A stretch of 64,000 nt of DNA. It comes from Deltaproteobacteria bacterium. Lineage in GTDB: Bacteria; Myxococcota_A; UBA9160; SMWR01. Shown here piece after piece: positions 37,723-46,765 of this stretch. The DNA is taken from the NCBI GenBank assembly GCA_032128115.1, contig JAQBHB010000093.1:64001-128000 (forward strand), written 5' to 3'. Position 1 is the stretch's first letter. Each line of letters starts with the position of its first letter. The notes under the pieces are model-generated. The model did no database searches and was not told the origin of the DNA. It saw nothing but the letters and a program-made list of their open reading frames with translations. The translations under genes and the position numbers were made by a program.

Positions 37723-40065
37723 ATGAAGCCGGGTAGATTGGGAGGCGGGCAGGCGATCCGGATCCTCGCTCCGACCGGCCTCTTCCTGCTGGCGTTCGGG
37801 ATTCGCGCCCTTCCCTGGCGCGCGGTGCTGGACGGGAGCCAGACCCACCTGTTCGGCAACGACGCTTTCTACCACTTGCGCCGCATCGCCTACTCGGTTC
37901 AGAACTTTCCCGACATCCTCGAGTTTGATCTCTACATCAATTTTCCGGACGGGGCAGTTCCAATCTGGACTCCGTATCTGGATTGGATGATTGCCGGGAT
38001 CATGGTCGCGGTGGGGATCCGGGACATGGAGGTGGTGGAGCGCGCGGCAGTCTGGCTGCCGCCGCTCCTGGGTGCGTTCACGGTCCTGACCCTGTATCGG
38101 GTCGCCCGCCGCCACTTCGGAGGGGCGACGGCCGCGGGGGCCGGCCTGATCCTGAGCCTGCTTTCCGCCCACTTCTGGTATTCGCAGATCGGTTTCGTCG
38201 ACCACCACGCCGCGGTGGCGTTGGCGTCCACGCTGATTCTGGGCGCGGGCATGGCCCTGGTGTCGCAAGACGGAGCGTCCGGGTCCGGATGGGGGAGCGG
38301 CTGGCCCGCCGCCATGGCCACTGGAGTGGCCCTGGGGGTCAGTCTGCTGGTGTGGCCGGGAAGCCTGCTTCACGTCGTGCTGGCTGAGACTGGCTTCCTG
38401 GGATTCCTGCTCAGCCGCCGCGATCGCGCGGGCGCGGACGGATTCGCGCTGCGATGGATGGTTGCCAACGCGGTGGCGCTTGGGGTGGTGCTTCCCGCGT
38501 CCCTGTCCAGCCATTGGCCCCAGTGGGGCCGTTTCAGTCCGGTGGTCCTCACGGGCTTCCAACCGTGGCTGTTCGGTGTGCTGCTGGTGTTCGGCGGGAT
38601 CTGCACGGGCCTTTGGCGCTCCCGGGTCGCCGGCTCGGGGCTCGCACGCCGGGCGGGCACCGGGCTGGCTGTTGGCGTGGCATTGCTCGCCGTCAGCGCA
38701 TGGCTTCTTCCCGAGCTGGGGACCGGCGCCGAAGACGCCTGGCGTTGGATCGCCAAGCGCGAGAACTTCCAGGTGCGAGTGGCCGAATCCCAGCCCCTGT
38801 TGTTCCAGGGCGGCCACTTCGTGGGCGACGTGGCGTCGTCGCGCTTGTCGTACTTCGTTTTCGTGTTCCCGCTGGCCCTGGGGATCGCCGCCCGTTCCGC
38901 GCGCCGCGAGGGCGCGCCGCTGGGATTGTTCGTGTGGTGGTCGGCCGGGCTGTTCCTGGTGACGCTGGTACAGAAGCGCTTCTTCAACTCTTTCTCGGTA
39001 TCCCTGGCCCTGATGATGGCCTGGAGTGTGCGTTGGGCTCTGGCGGCACTTCCCGAGCCCTGGCGCAGCGATCCGACCCGATGGAATGCGGTCCGGGTGG
39101 CTGCGTGCGCGATCGTGGCGGCGTGTCTGTTTCCCACGCTCGCCAGCTACCGGCCCTACCTGGTGAATCAATGGCGCCTCGTGGGAGACGAAAATCTCCA
39201 GCTCGAGAATTCCTCGGCGCTACGGCGAGCCAGCGAGCAGGCGGCGCGCTGGCTGGAACGCTACTCCGTGAAGACCTCGGGCTGGCTGGACGAGCGCGTT
39301 CCGGAATACGGGGTGCTGGCCCCCTGGCCCATCGGCCACGTGATCGAATACCGGGGCCGGCGTCCCACGGTCACGGACAACTTCGGCGACGACATCGGGG
39401 AGGAGAATTTCGAGAAGGCCAGGCGTTACTACCTGGCGGACGAGGAGGCGGCCTCTGAGATCCTGGAAGAGCTGGGTGTGCGGTACGTCTTCGCCCAGTC
39501 TGCCGCAAACTTCCTGGGCGAGGAGCCGGGCCGCTACTCCATGTTCCACGGCCTGTATGAACTCGATGGGATCGGTTTCGATCCCCCGGAAGACGATTCC
39601 GCACAGGGGCGCGTCAAGCCCCTTGCGCGGCACCGCCTGATCTACGAGTCCAGCCACCTGGCCCAGATGGGCCCGGGCAAGCCGGCCAGCTTCAAGATCT
39701 TCGAGTTCGTGGGCGGCGCCCAGATCGTTGGCACGGCGGCCCCGGGGGCCCTGGTGCGGGCAAGCGTTCCGCTTCGCACCAACCGCAAGCGAGACCTGTT
39801 GTACGCAACGTCGACGCGGGCCGACGCACGCGGGCGCTACGTGCTCCGGGTTCCCTACGCCAACGAGGGAGGGCCCATGGCGACCCAGGTAGGCCCGGTC
39901 TACCAGCTCGAGTGCGAGGGTCAGATGAAGACCGCGATCATCTCGGAGGCCAAGGTCAAACGGGGCGGAAGCGTCCGGGGGCCACGCCTGTGCCGGCGCC
40001 CGGGTCGCAGCTCCGACGATGCGCCGGAGCGCGAATCGAGTCGCGCCGGGCCGGCGCTGCTATAG
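37723..40065 (+). CDS. STT3-family oligosaccharyltransferase-like protein (archaeal AglB-like)
   Basis: FGNDAFYHLRR, FDLYINFPDG, GFVDHH, VAESQPL, VLAPWPIGH..RRPTVTDNFG, LGVRYV, YESS and FKIFEFVGGA, plus a C-terminal beta domain (GRYVLRVPY). Confidence 0.85.
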   Translation: MKPGRLGGGQAIRILAPTGLFLLAFGIRALPWRAVLDGSQTHLFGNDAFYHLRRIAYSVQNFPDILEFDLYINFPDGAVPIWTPYLDWMIAGIMVAVGIRDMEVVERAAVWLPPLLGAFTVLTLYRVARRHFGGATAAGAGLILSLLSAHFWYSQIGFVDHHAAVALASTLILGAGMALVSQDGASGSGWGSGWPAAMATGVALGVSLLVWPGSLLHVVLAETGFLGFLLSRRDRAGADGFALRWMVANAVALGVVLPASLSSHWPQWGRFSPVVLTGFQPWLFGVLLVFGGICTGLWRSRVAGSGLARRAGTGLAVGVALLAVSAWLLPELGTGAEDAWRWIAKRENFQVRVAESQPLLFQGGHFVGDVASSRLSYFVFVFPLALGIAARSARREGAPLGLFVWWSAGLFLVTLVQKRFFNSFSVSLALMMAWSVRWALAALPEPWRSDPTRWNAVRVAACAIVAACLFPTLASYRPYLVNQWRLVGDENLQLENSSALRRASEQAARWLERYSVKTSGWLDERVPEYGVLAPWPIGHVIEYRGRRPTVTDNFGDDIGEENFEKARRYYLADEEAASEILEELGVRYVFAQSAANFLGEEPGRYSMFHGLYELDGIGFDPPEDDSAQGRVKPLARHRLIYESSHLAQMGPGKPASFKIFEFVGGAQIVGTAAPGALVRASVPLRTNRKRDLLYATSTRADARGRYVLRVPYANEGGPMATQVGPVYQLECEGQMKTAIISEAKVKRGGSVRGPRLCRRPGRSSDDAPERESSRAGPALL

Positions 40066-40073
40066 GTACGGCC

Positions 40074-41474
40074 ATGGCGGAAGCAAGCTTCGATCTCATC
40101 GTGGTAGGGGGAGGTCCCGGCGGCTACACGGCGGCCATACGCGCCAGCCAGCTCGGCATGAATACCGCGCTCGTGGAGCGGGAGCATCTGGGCGGGATCT
40201 GCCTGAACTGGGGCTGTATCCCCACCAAGGCGTTGTTGCATGCTTCGGAGATTCGTCACCTGCTGGGGCGGCTTTCCGAGTTCGGATTCGAAGCCGGGGA
40301 GGTGACGTTCGCACTCGACAAGGTGGTGGCGCGTTCGCGAAAGGTGGCGAAGCGACTCAACGGGGGCGTCAAGCACCTGATGAAGAAGAACGGGATCCGC
40401 GTTTTCGACGGCCAGGGCCGTCTGGCGGGTTCGGGACTTTCGGTAACGGCATCCGATGGGAGCACGACGGAGCTGCAGGCGCCTCATCGCGTGCTCGCGA
40501 CCGGAGCCCGCGCACGAATCCTGCCCGGGCTCGAGCCCGATGGGGAACGGATCTGGACGTACAAGGAGGCGATGGTCCCCGACGTGATGCCGGAACGCCT
40601 GCTGGTGGTGGGCTCTGGGGCCATTGGTATCGAGTTCGCGAGCTTCTACCGCGACATGGGGTCAGAAGTCACCGTAGTGGAGATCCTGCCGCGAATCCTG
40701 CCGGCCGAAGACGAGGAGATCGCCGGGCTGGCACGCAAGTCGTTCGAACGAGAGGGAATCAGCATCCACACCGGCGCGCGGGTGGTCTCGACGACGCCCT
40801 CGGGCGATGGGGTGAGGGCCGTCCTCGAGCTCGCGGACGGCACCTCCCAGGAACTGGAAGTGGACCGGGTGATCTCCGCCGTTGGAATCGTGGGCAACAC
40901 CGAGGACCTGGGCCTTGCGGGGACCGGGGTACAGGTGGACCGGGATCACGTGGTGGTCGACGAGTGGCAGCGGACCGGAGAGGCCGGCGTCTACGCCATC
41001 GGGGATCTGGTGGGCCCTCCCTGGCTGGCGCACAAGGCGAGCCACGAGGGCGTGCTTTGCGTCGAAAAGATCGCCGGGGTGGAGGGCGTGCACCCGCTCG
41101 ATCGCAGCCTGATCCCCGGCTGCACCTACTGCCGGCCGCAGGTCGCCAGTGTCGGACTCAGCGAGGAGAAGGCCCGCGAGGAGGGCTACGAATTGAAGGT
41201 GGGTCGGTTCCCGTTCATCGCGAACGGAAAGGCGCTGGCCCTGGGCGAAAGCGAAGGCCTCGTCAAGACGATCTTCGATGCGCGCACCGGCGAGCTGCTG
41301 GGAGCCCACCTGTTCGGCGCCGATGTGACCGAGTTGATCCAGGGTTATGTGATCGCCCGCACGCTGGAAACCACCGAGGCTGAACTCATGCGCGCGGTGT
41401 TTCCGCATCCGACCCTCTCCGAGGCCATGCACGAGTCGGTGCTCGACGCCTGGGATCGGGCCCTCAACAGCTGA
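40074..41474 (+). CDS. lpdA: Dihydrolipoyl dehydrogenase
   Basis: GGGPGGY, GGICLNWGCIPTK, GSGAIGIEFA, LAHKASHEG and HPTLSE. Confidence 0.96.
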   Translation: MAEASFDLIVVGGGPGGYTAAIRASQLGMNTALVEREHLGGICLNWGCIPTKALLHASEIRHLLGRLSEFGFEAGEVTFALDKVVARSRKVAKRLNGGVKHLMKKNGIRVFDGQGRLAGSGLSVTASDGSTTELQAPHRVLATGARARILPGLEPDGERIWTYKEAMVPDVMPERLLVVGSGAIGIEFASFYRDMGSEVTVVEILPRILPAEDEEIAGLARKSFEREGISIHTGARVVSTTPSGDGVRAVLELADGTSQELEVDRVISAVGIVGNTEDLGLAGTGVQVDRDHVVVDEWQRTGEAGVYAIGDLVGPPWLAHKASHEGVLCVEKIAGVEGVHPLDRSLIPGCTYCRPQVASVGLSEEKAREEGYELKVGRFPFIANGKALALGESEGLVKTIFDARTGELLGAHLFGADVTELIQGYVIARTLETTEAELMRAVFPHPTLSEAMHESVLDAWDRALNS

Positions 41475-41610
41475 CCCGCACCCGGTCCCTCCTGCTCCTG
41501 GGCTCCGGTACGGGGTCCTGTTATGGGGTCCGGAAGCGGCCAGTCTTTCGTGGAGGCGAGGGAATACTCTCCGCGAGGCCCGGGAGTCCGGGAGCGTGAA
41601 GGAGGTTCCC

Positions 41611-42234
41611 ATGACGGCGGCGGCGATCGGTTACAGCATCCTGGAAAGCGAGCTGGGACATCTGTTGGTGGCGGCGACCCGTCGCGGCGTATGCCGGGTG
41701 CGCTTCGGTCAAGGAGCCGCGCTCCTGGTGGCGGCCCTGCGCGACGAGTTCCCGTTCGCCGAGATCCACCCGGAGCCCGCGCGTCTGGAGCCCTGGGTGG
41801 CGGCCTTCCGGGCGTACCTGGAGGGGCGTGCGGCACACCTGGACGTGCCCCTGGACGTACGCGCCAGCCAGTTCCAGCGCCGCGTCTGGGATGCGCTCCA
41901 GTCGATCCCGTACGGGTGCACGCGCTCCTACTCGGAGGTGGCCCGTCAGGTGGGACAGCCCCGGGCTGCCCGCGCCGTGGCAAAGGCCTGCGGCGCCAAT
42001 CCGGTGGCGCTGGCGGTGCCGTGCCACCGGGTGGTGGCCAAGGGCGGAGACGTGGGCGGCTACCACTGGGGCGTCGAGCGCAAGCGCTGGCTCCTCCGCA
42101 TGGAGGCGGGCGAGGTCGCGGTCGCTCCTCCGCATGGAGGCGGGCGAGGTCGTGGCCGCACAACGACCCCTGCTTCCGCTTCGCTCGCGGGTCAATTCGG
42201 CCGCTGCAGATCGATCTCGAGGATGGCCCGCTGA
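41611..42234 (+). CDS. ogt: Methylated-DNA-protein-cysteine methyltransferase
   Basis: FQRRVWDALQSIPYG, ARAVAKACGANP, active-site PCHRV and GGYHWGVERK. Confidence 0.9.
   Translation: MTAAAIGYSILESELGHLLVAATRRGVCRVRFGQGAALLVAALRDEFPFAEIHPEPARLEPWVAAFRAYLEGRAAHLDVPLDVRASQFQRRVWDALQSIPYGCTRSYSEVARQVGQPRAARAVAKACGANPVALAVPCHRVVAKGGDVGGYHWGVERKRWLLRMEAGEVAVAPPHGGGRGRGRTTTPASASLAGQFGRCRSISRMAR
42090..42152 (+). repeat. 29-bp direct repeat with a 34-bp period at the ogt 3' end
   Basis: GCTCCTCCGCATGGAGGCGGGCGAGGTCG at 42090-42118 and 42124-42152. Confidence 0.92.
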
Positions 42235-42587
42235 TGGATGCGACCACTCAGGCGCGAAAGCGCGTTGGTGAGCCGCATCTGCCAGCCGTATTTCCGGAGC
42301 AGGGCGTCATAGGCGGCGGCGACGCTGTCGGGATCGTCCGTCCGACGAGCCGATCCCTCGAGCCACGGGCCCTTGATCCCGCCGCGCACGCCACAGGCGG
42401 CAACCCGCACCCTCGGGTCGTTGCGCAGTCGTTTCAACTTGCCCGCATCTTCCGCCGTGAAGACGTAGAGCCGCCCAGCGTGCGCCGCGAACCACACGGG
42501 CGTCTCGACGGCATTTCCGTTGCGCCGAAAGGTCGCCAGGCTGATGTAGGCTTCGCGGTCCAGGGCGGTCAGAGGCGTGTCGTCCAC
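42192..42587 (-). CDS. PPOX-class putative F420-dependent oxidoreductase
   Basis: YISLATFRRNGNAVETPVW, GKLKRLRNDPRVRVAAC and LLRKYG. Confidence 0.85.
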   Translation of the reverse strand: MDDTPLTALDREAYISLATFRRNGNAVETPVWFAAHAGRLYVFTAEDAGKLKRLRNDPRVRVAACGVRGGIKGPWLEGSARRTDDPDSVAAAYDALLRKYGWQMRLTNALSRLSGRIHQRAILEIDLQRPN

Positions 42588-42691
42588 AGGGCATCTCCCG
42601 AAGTGGTGCGCGGCGGGAATCTACCGCAGGGGCGCGGCATCGGGCCCGCTTCCCGGGTTCCCTATCCACCCGCCAGCGAGTAGACTGGGGC

Positions 42692-43336
42692 GTGGGGCAA
42701 GCACAGCAGGGCGGCGGATCGGAGCAGGGCGGCGGACCGGAAGTGGACGGCCCCGGATCGCCCGGACCCGGCGCGGCGGGCCGCCTGGGTCGGGCCGCGA
42801 GGGAGATGCTCAGGCGCTCGTGGTCGAATCCCGCCTACCGCTTCGTGGTCCTGTTCCTGGTTTATCTCGGCGCGCTGGCCGCCGTTTATCCCGTGCTGAA
42901 ACAGCGATTCCTGTTCGTATTCAAGGCCATGATCCTGGGTACGGCGAAGGTCGAGTACTGGATCTTCAGCCTGTTCAGTTCGGATGTGACCCTGTCCGAG
43001 CGTCTGGTCTCCTTCGGCGGTTTCCCCATCAAGATCATCGAGGAGTGCACCGGAATCTACGAGATCCTGATCTTCTCAGCGGCCGTGCTGGCGTTTCCCA
43101 CCAGCTGGCGGAAGCGCGGCCTGGGATTCGCGCTCGGGATTCCGACCATCTACTTCTTCAACGTGGTCCGGATCGCGTTCCTGATCGTGGTGGGGCGATA
43201 CCATCGCGAAAGCTTCGACTTCATGCACCTGTACTTCTGGCAGGCCAGCATGATCGCGATGATCACGACCGTCTGGCTGTTGTGGATCGTGAAGGTGGTC
43301 CGAGATGACGAGGCGGCCCTGGCTGCTTCTTCTTGA
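42692..43336 (+). CDS. Exosortase/archaeosortase family transpeptidase (XrtH-like)
   Basis: Catalytic triad EECTG (Cys), NVVRI (Arg) and MHLYFWQ (His); compact multi-TM protein. Start is GTG 42692 or ATG 42806. Confidence 0.85.
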   Translation: MGQAQQGGGSEQGGGPEVDGPGSPGPGAAGRLGRAAREMLRRSWSNPAYRFVVLFLVYLGALAAVYPVLKQRFLFVFKAMILGTAKVEYWIFSLFSSDVTLSERLVSFGGFPIKIIEECTGIYEILIFSAAVLAFPTSWRKRGLGFALGIPTIYFFNVVRIAFLIVVGRYHRESFDFMHLYFWQASMIAMITTVWLLWIVKVVRDDEAALAASS

Positions 43337-43820
43337 GTTCTTTGCCATCACGCTTCCCCTGGCGTGGCTCTGGGACATCTGGGGCCGGGACGTGTACCTC
43401 GACTCCTTTCGCGCCGTGACCACTCCCCTGCTGGAGCAGTTCGGCGTCGAACGGATTCCCGAGAAGCTGGTGCGGAATCGCTTTCTCAATCTGACGCCGT
43501 TCGTGGCTCTGATGGCGATCACGCCCGGGCTCGCCTGGCGGCGGCGTGTGCTTGGAACACTTGCCGGACTCGGGGCGCTATTCGTGGGTCACATGGCCCT
43601 GGTGATCGTCGGCTTCCACGTGATCGCGCGGCTGGGGGGCTCGGCGGATGCCTACGCCGCGCTGCTCCCGGCCGTGTTGATCTCCGAAAGCCTCCCCTTC
43701 CTGTTGTGGGCCGCCATCGCCCACGAATTCGTCGGGGGCCTGGCCGCCCGCGCGCTGGGACGGGTCCGGCTCGACCCGCGGCTGCCGGCGCGGAGTTCAG
43801 ACACCGAGCCGGAATCGTGA
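43305..43820 (+). CDS. Exosortase-associated membrane protein
   Basis: Four hydrophobic segments, with NLTPFVALMAITP and LPFLLW; overlaps the exosortase 3' end. Confidence 0.65.
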   Translation: MTRRPWLLLLEFFAITLPLAWLWDIWGRDVYLDSFRAVTTPLLEQFGVERIPEKLVRNRFLNLTPFVALMAITPGLAWRRRVLGTLAGLGALFVGHMALVIVGFHVIARLGGSADAYAALLPAVLISESLPFLLWAAIAHEFVGGLAARALGRVRLDPRLPARSSDTEPES

Positions 43821-45895
43821 GCCATCCGATCGTTGCGGAAGAGCTGGTGCTGCTCGAAGGCGTCTGCTCGGGCCTGGCGCGGGGGCCGACGTCTCGGGTT
43901 CCGTCGGAAACTGCCATCGTGCGCGAGTTGGAACGCCTGCGCGAGCTGTTGTTCTCGGGGGCCGAGAGCAAGGACGCAGTGGCGCTTCGCGATCAGTGGC
44001 ACCGGCAGAACTCGCTGCTGAAGCAGCTGCGGCTGTCCCGTCAGGCGCCCGTCGTCGATCCGGCCTCGCCGTATTTCGCGCATCTGCGACTTCGCGAGGG
44101 CGACGGTGAGCGGGATCTGTGCATCGGACGCGCCACCTTCGTTCGCGATGGGATCCGTATCGTCGACTGGCGGAACGCGCCCATCTCGCGCCTCTTCTAC
44201 CGCTACCAGCAGGGCGACGACTATGAGGAGGAGTTTGGAGGCCGCGTGCGGGCGGGTCTGGTGGTCGCTCGGCGCTCGCTGACGATCCGCGACGCCAGCC
44301 TGCTGCGAGTCGAGGCGCCCGAGGGCGCCTTCGAGCGCAAGCCGGGGCATGCGGACGCTTGGCGCCAGCTGGAGCGGGAGGCGCCCCGGTTGGCCGGGGG
44401 CGAATCCTCTGCCCTGCGGGCCCACGGTCTTGGCGAATCGGCAGCGCGCAGCCTGGGCACGGACCTGCTGGGCGGGCGCAGGCGGGCCGACAAGCGGCTG
44501 CCCGAGATCACAGGCCTCATCGACCCGGAGCAGTTCGATCTGATCGCGCGCCCGTCGTCGGGATTCCTGGTGATCCGGGGCACAGCCGGCTCCGGGAAGA
44601 CGACAGTGGCCCTGCACCGGATCGCGTATCTGACCTACGACGACGCGTCCATCAATTCGGGGCGCACCCTGTTCGCGGTGTTCTCGCCCGCGCTCCGCAA
44701 CTACGTGGGGCACGTGCTGCCCGCCCTGGGCGTCGATCGCGTGCGCATCGTCACCTACCGGGACTGGGCCAGCGAACAGCGTCGGCGCCACTTTCCGGCG
44801 CTGCCCACTGCCGCGCGCGAGGACACGCCGGCGATCGTTCGGCGCCTGAAGTTGCACCCGGCCCTGGACGTAGCCCTGGAAGAGCATGTGCGCGCGACGC
44901 CCGCTGCCGGGTCGGGGACCCAGGCCCTGGACGACTGGGCCAGCGTGCTCACACGCGAGTCTCTACTGTTGGAGGTCTGCGAGCGGGAGGCGCCGGGTGA
45001 GTTCTCCGAAGCACAGATCCGGTCGTTCGTGGAGTGGAACCGGCGCAGCAACGAGGCTCTCGCCGAAGGCCAGCGGGGTGATGCGGAATCCCCGGCGGAG
45101 CTGGATGCGGAAGACGACACCCTGCTGCTGCGCGCCTGGCAGCTGCGTGTGGGGCCCCTCCGGGCGGGCGGACAGCGTCCCCTGCGGTATCGACACGTGG
45201 CGGTGGACGAGGTGCAGGACTTCTCGCCGCTGGAGGTGCGCGTGCTGCTCCAGTGTCTGGACGAACGCCGCAGTATCACGCTGGCGGGGGACTCCCAGCA
45301 GCATCTGGTGTCGCAGAGTGGGTTCAACTCGTGGACCGACTTCCTGTATCGACTGGGCGTCCCCGGTACCGAGATCGAAACCCTGAGGATCGCCTACCGG
45401 TCCTCCCAGGAGATCGTGGAATTCGCGCGCTCGGTCCTGGGTGCGCTCGTCGAGGACGAAGAGCCTCCGGTCGTGACTCGCCGGGGTCCCCCGGTGGAGC
45501 TGTTTCGCTTCAGCGATCGGGGCGCCTGTGTGGCGTTTCTTGCGGATGCCCTGAAGCGACTGGTGCGCGAGGAGCCCCTGGCTTCGGTGGCCGTGCTGAC
45601 CCCCTCGCGCGAGTTGAGCGCCCTCTACCACAGAGGCCTCGAGGGCAGCGATCTGGCCCCGCTGCGTCTCGTCGAGAGCCAGGATTTCACGTTCGCGCCC
45701 GGCGTCGAGGTAACCGAGGTCGAGCAGGTCAAGGGGCTCGAGTTCGACTACGTGATCGTGACCGACGTGAACCGGGATCGGTTTCCCGATTCGCCACAGG
45801 CCCGACGTCTCCTTCACGTGGCCGCGACCCGCGCCGTGCACCAGCTGTGGCTGGTGAGCGTGGGAACCCCGTCTTCCCTGCTGGATGGGTGCTGA
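43817..45895 (+). CDS. HelD-like superfamily 1 helicase/ATPase
   Basis: SPYFAHL, IVDWRNAPIS, RGTAGSGKTTVALHRIAYL, VDEVQD, AGDSQQ, YRSSQEI, KGLEFD and VAATRA. GTG at 43817. Confidence 0.85.
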   Translation: MSHPIVAEELVLLEGVCSGLARGPTSRVPSETAIVRELERLRELLFSGAESKDAVALRDQWHRQNSLLKQLRLSRQAPVVDPASPYFAHLRLREGDGERDLCIGRATFVRDGIRIVDWRNAPISRLFYRYQQGDDYEEEFGGRVRAGLVVARRSLTIRDASLLRVEAPEGAFERKPGHADAWRQLEREAPRLAGGESSALRAHGLGESAARSLGTDLLGGRRRADKRLPEITGLIDPEQFDLIARPSSGFLVIRGTAGSGKTTVALHRIAYLTYDDASINSGRTLFAVFSPALRNYVGHVLPALGVDRVRIVTYRDWASEQRRRHFPALPTAAREDTPAIVRRLKLHPALDVALEEHVRATPAAGSGTQALDDWASVLTRESLLLEVCEREAPGEFSEAQIRSFVEWNRRSNEALAEGQRGDAESPAELDAEDDTLLLRAWQLRVGPLRAGGQRPLRYRHVAVDEVQDFSPLEVRVLLQCLDERRSITLAGDSQQHLVSQSGFNSWTDFLYRLGVPGTEIETLRIAYRSSQEIVEFARSVLGALVEDEEPPVVTRRGPPVELFRFSDRGACVAFLADALKRLVREEPLASVAVLTPSRELSALYHRGLEGSDLAPLRLVESQDFTFAPGVEVTEVEQVKGLEFDYVIVTDVNRDRFPDSPQARRLLHVAATRAVHQLWLVSVGTPSSLLDGC

Positions 45896-46001
45896 GTTCC
45901 GTTCGCAGCGGGCGTCGCCGCCGCAGGGAGCGCGCATTCCGCGCGCAGGCGTGAGCCGTGTCACGAAGGCGCATCGGATCCCCGCCGAAGAGCCAGCCGA
46001 C

Positions 46002-46703
46002 ATGAGGCTGGCGAAACATGACGAATTCGATCGCACCCGCATCCTCGCCGCGGCAGCGCAGGCGCGGGTCAAGAAGCGCACTCGCCGGGCAATTGCCCTG
46101 TATCGCTTTGCCCTGGCGGCGGAGCCGCGAAACACCGGGCTTCACGCCAAGCTGGCGCCGTTGCTGGCCGAGGTGGGTGAGGAGTTCGACGCCTGGTTGA
46201 GTTTTCGCGCGACAGCACAGGCCGCTCTCCGCGAAGGCAAGACCGAGCGGGCCCTGGGCGTCTACCGGGAAGCCGCGCACTACCTGCCGGGCGACTACCG
46301 CGTGTGGGAATGCATGGCCCGTCTCCAGAAGAAGCGCCGACGCGACGGCGAGGCCATCGAGCTGCTGCTGGAGGGCAGTCGCCAGCTGCAAAAGCGCCGG
46401 CGACGGCCCGAGGCGATCTACCTGCTGCGCAGGGGGCGGGAGGTGGCGCCCTGGGATTTTCGGACGGTGTTCGCGCTGGCGCGGCTGCTGGCCAGCCACA
46501 AGCAGGGGGAGGAGGCGCGACTGCTGCTGATGGGATTGGCCGCCCGATCGCAGGGGCGGGATCTTCGCCGCGTTCGCGGCGCCGAGTGCCGCCTGGCACC
46601 CGGATTCGGTTCCCTGTGGCGCTGGATCCGCGCCGCTACGGGCGCCGACGTCCGTCAGGCCGGCTCGCGAGCCTGGCCCAGCCTCCGCTCCGGTTCCGCG
46701 TAG
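46002..46703 (+). CDS. TPR-like helical repeat protein
   Basis: Repeated helical pairs (RAIALYR, RALGVYREA, EAIELLLE, EAIYLLRR); Arg-rich. Confidence 0.6.
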   Translation: MRLAKHDEFDRTRILAAAAQARVKKRTRRAIALYRFALAAEPRNTGLHAKLAPLLAEVGEEFDAWLSFRATAQAALREGKTERALGVYREAAHYLPGDYRVWECMARLQKKRRRDGEAIELLLEGSRQLQKRRRRPEAIYLLRRGREVAPWDFRTVFALARLLASHKQGEEARLLLMGLAARSQGRDLRRVRGAECRLAPGFGSLWRWIRAATGADVRQAGSRAWPSLRSGSA

Positions 46704-46765
46704 TACTTCGGGCCCCGCGACGCGGGCCTCCCTTTCCGAGTCGTGCGTCCTACTCTCCAGGGTCG

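Noticed and set aside
42090..42152. 29-bp palindromic direct repeat as a mini-CRISPR
   Set aside because: Only two copies with a 5-bp spacer, and no cas genes in the window.
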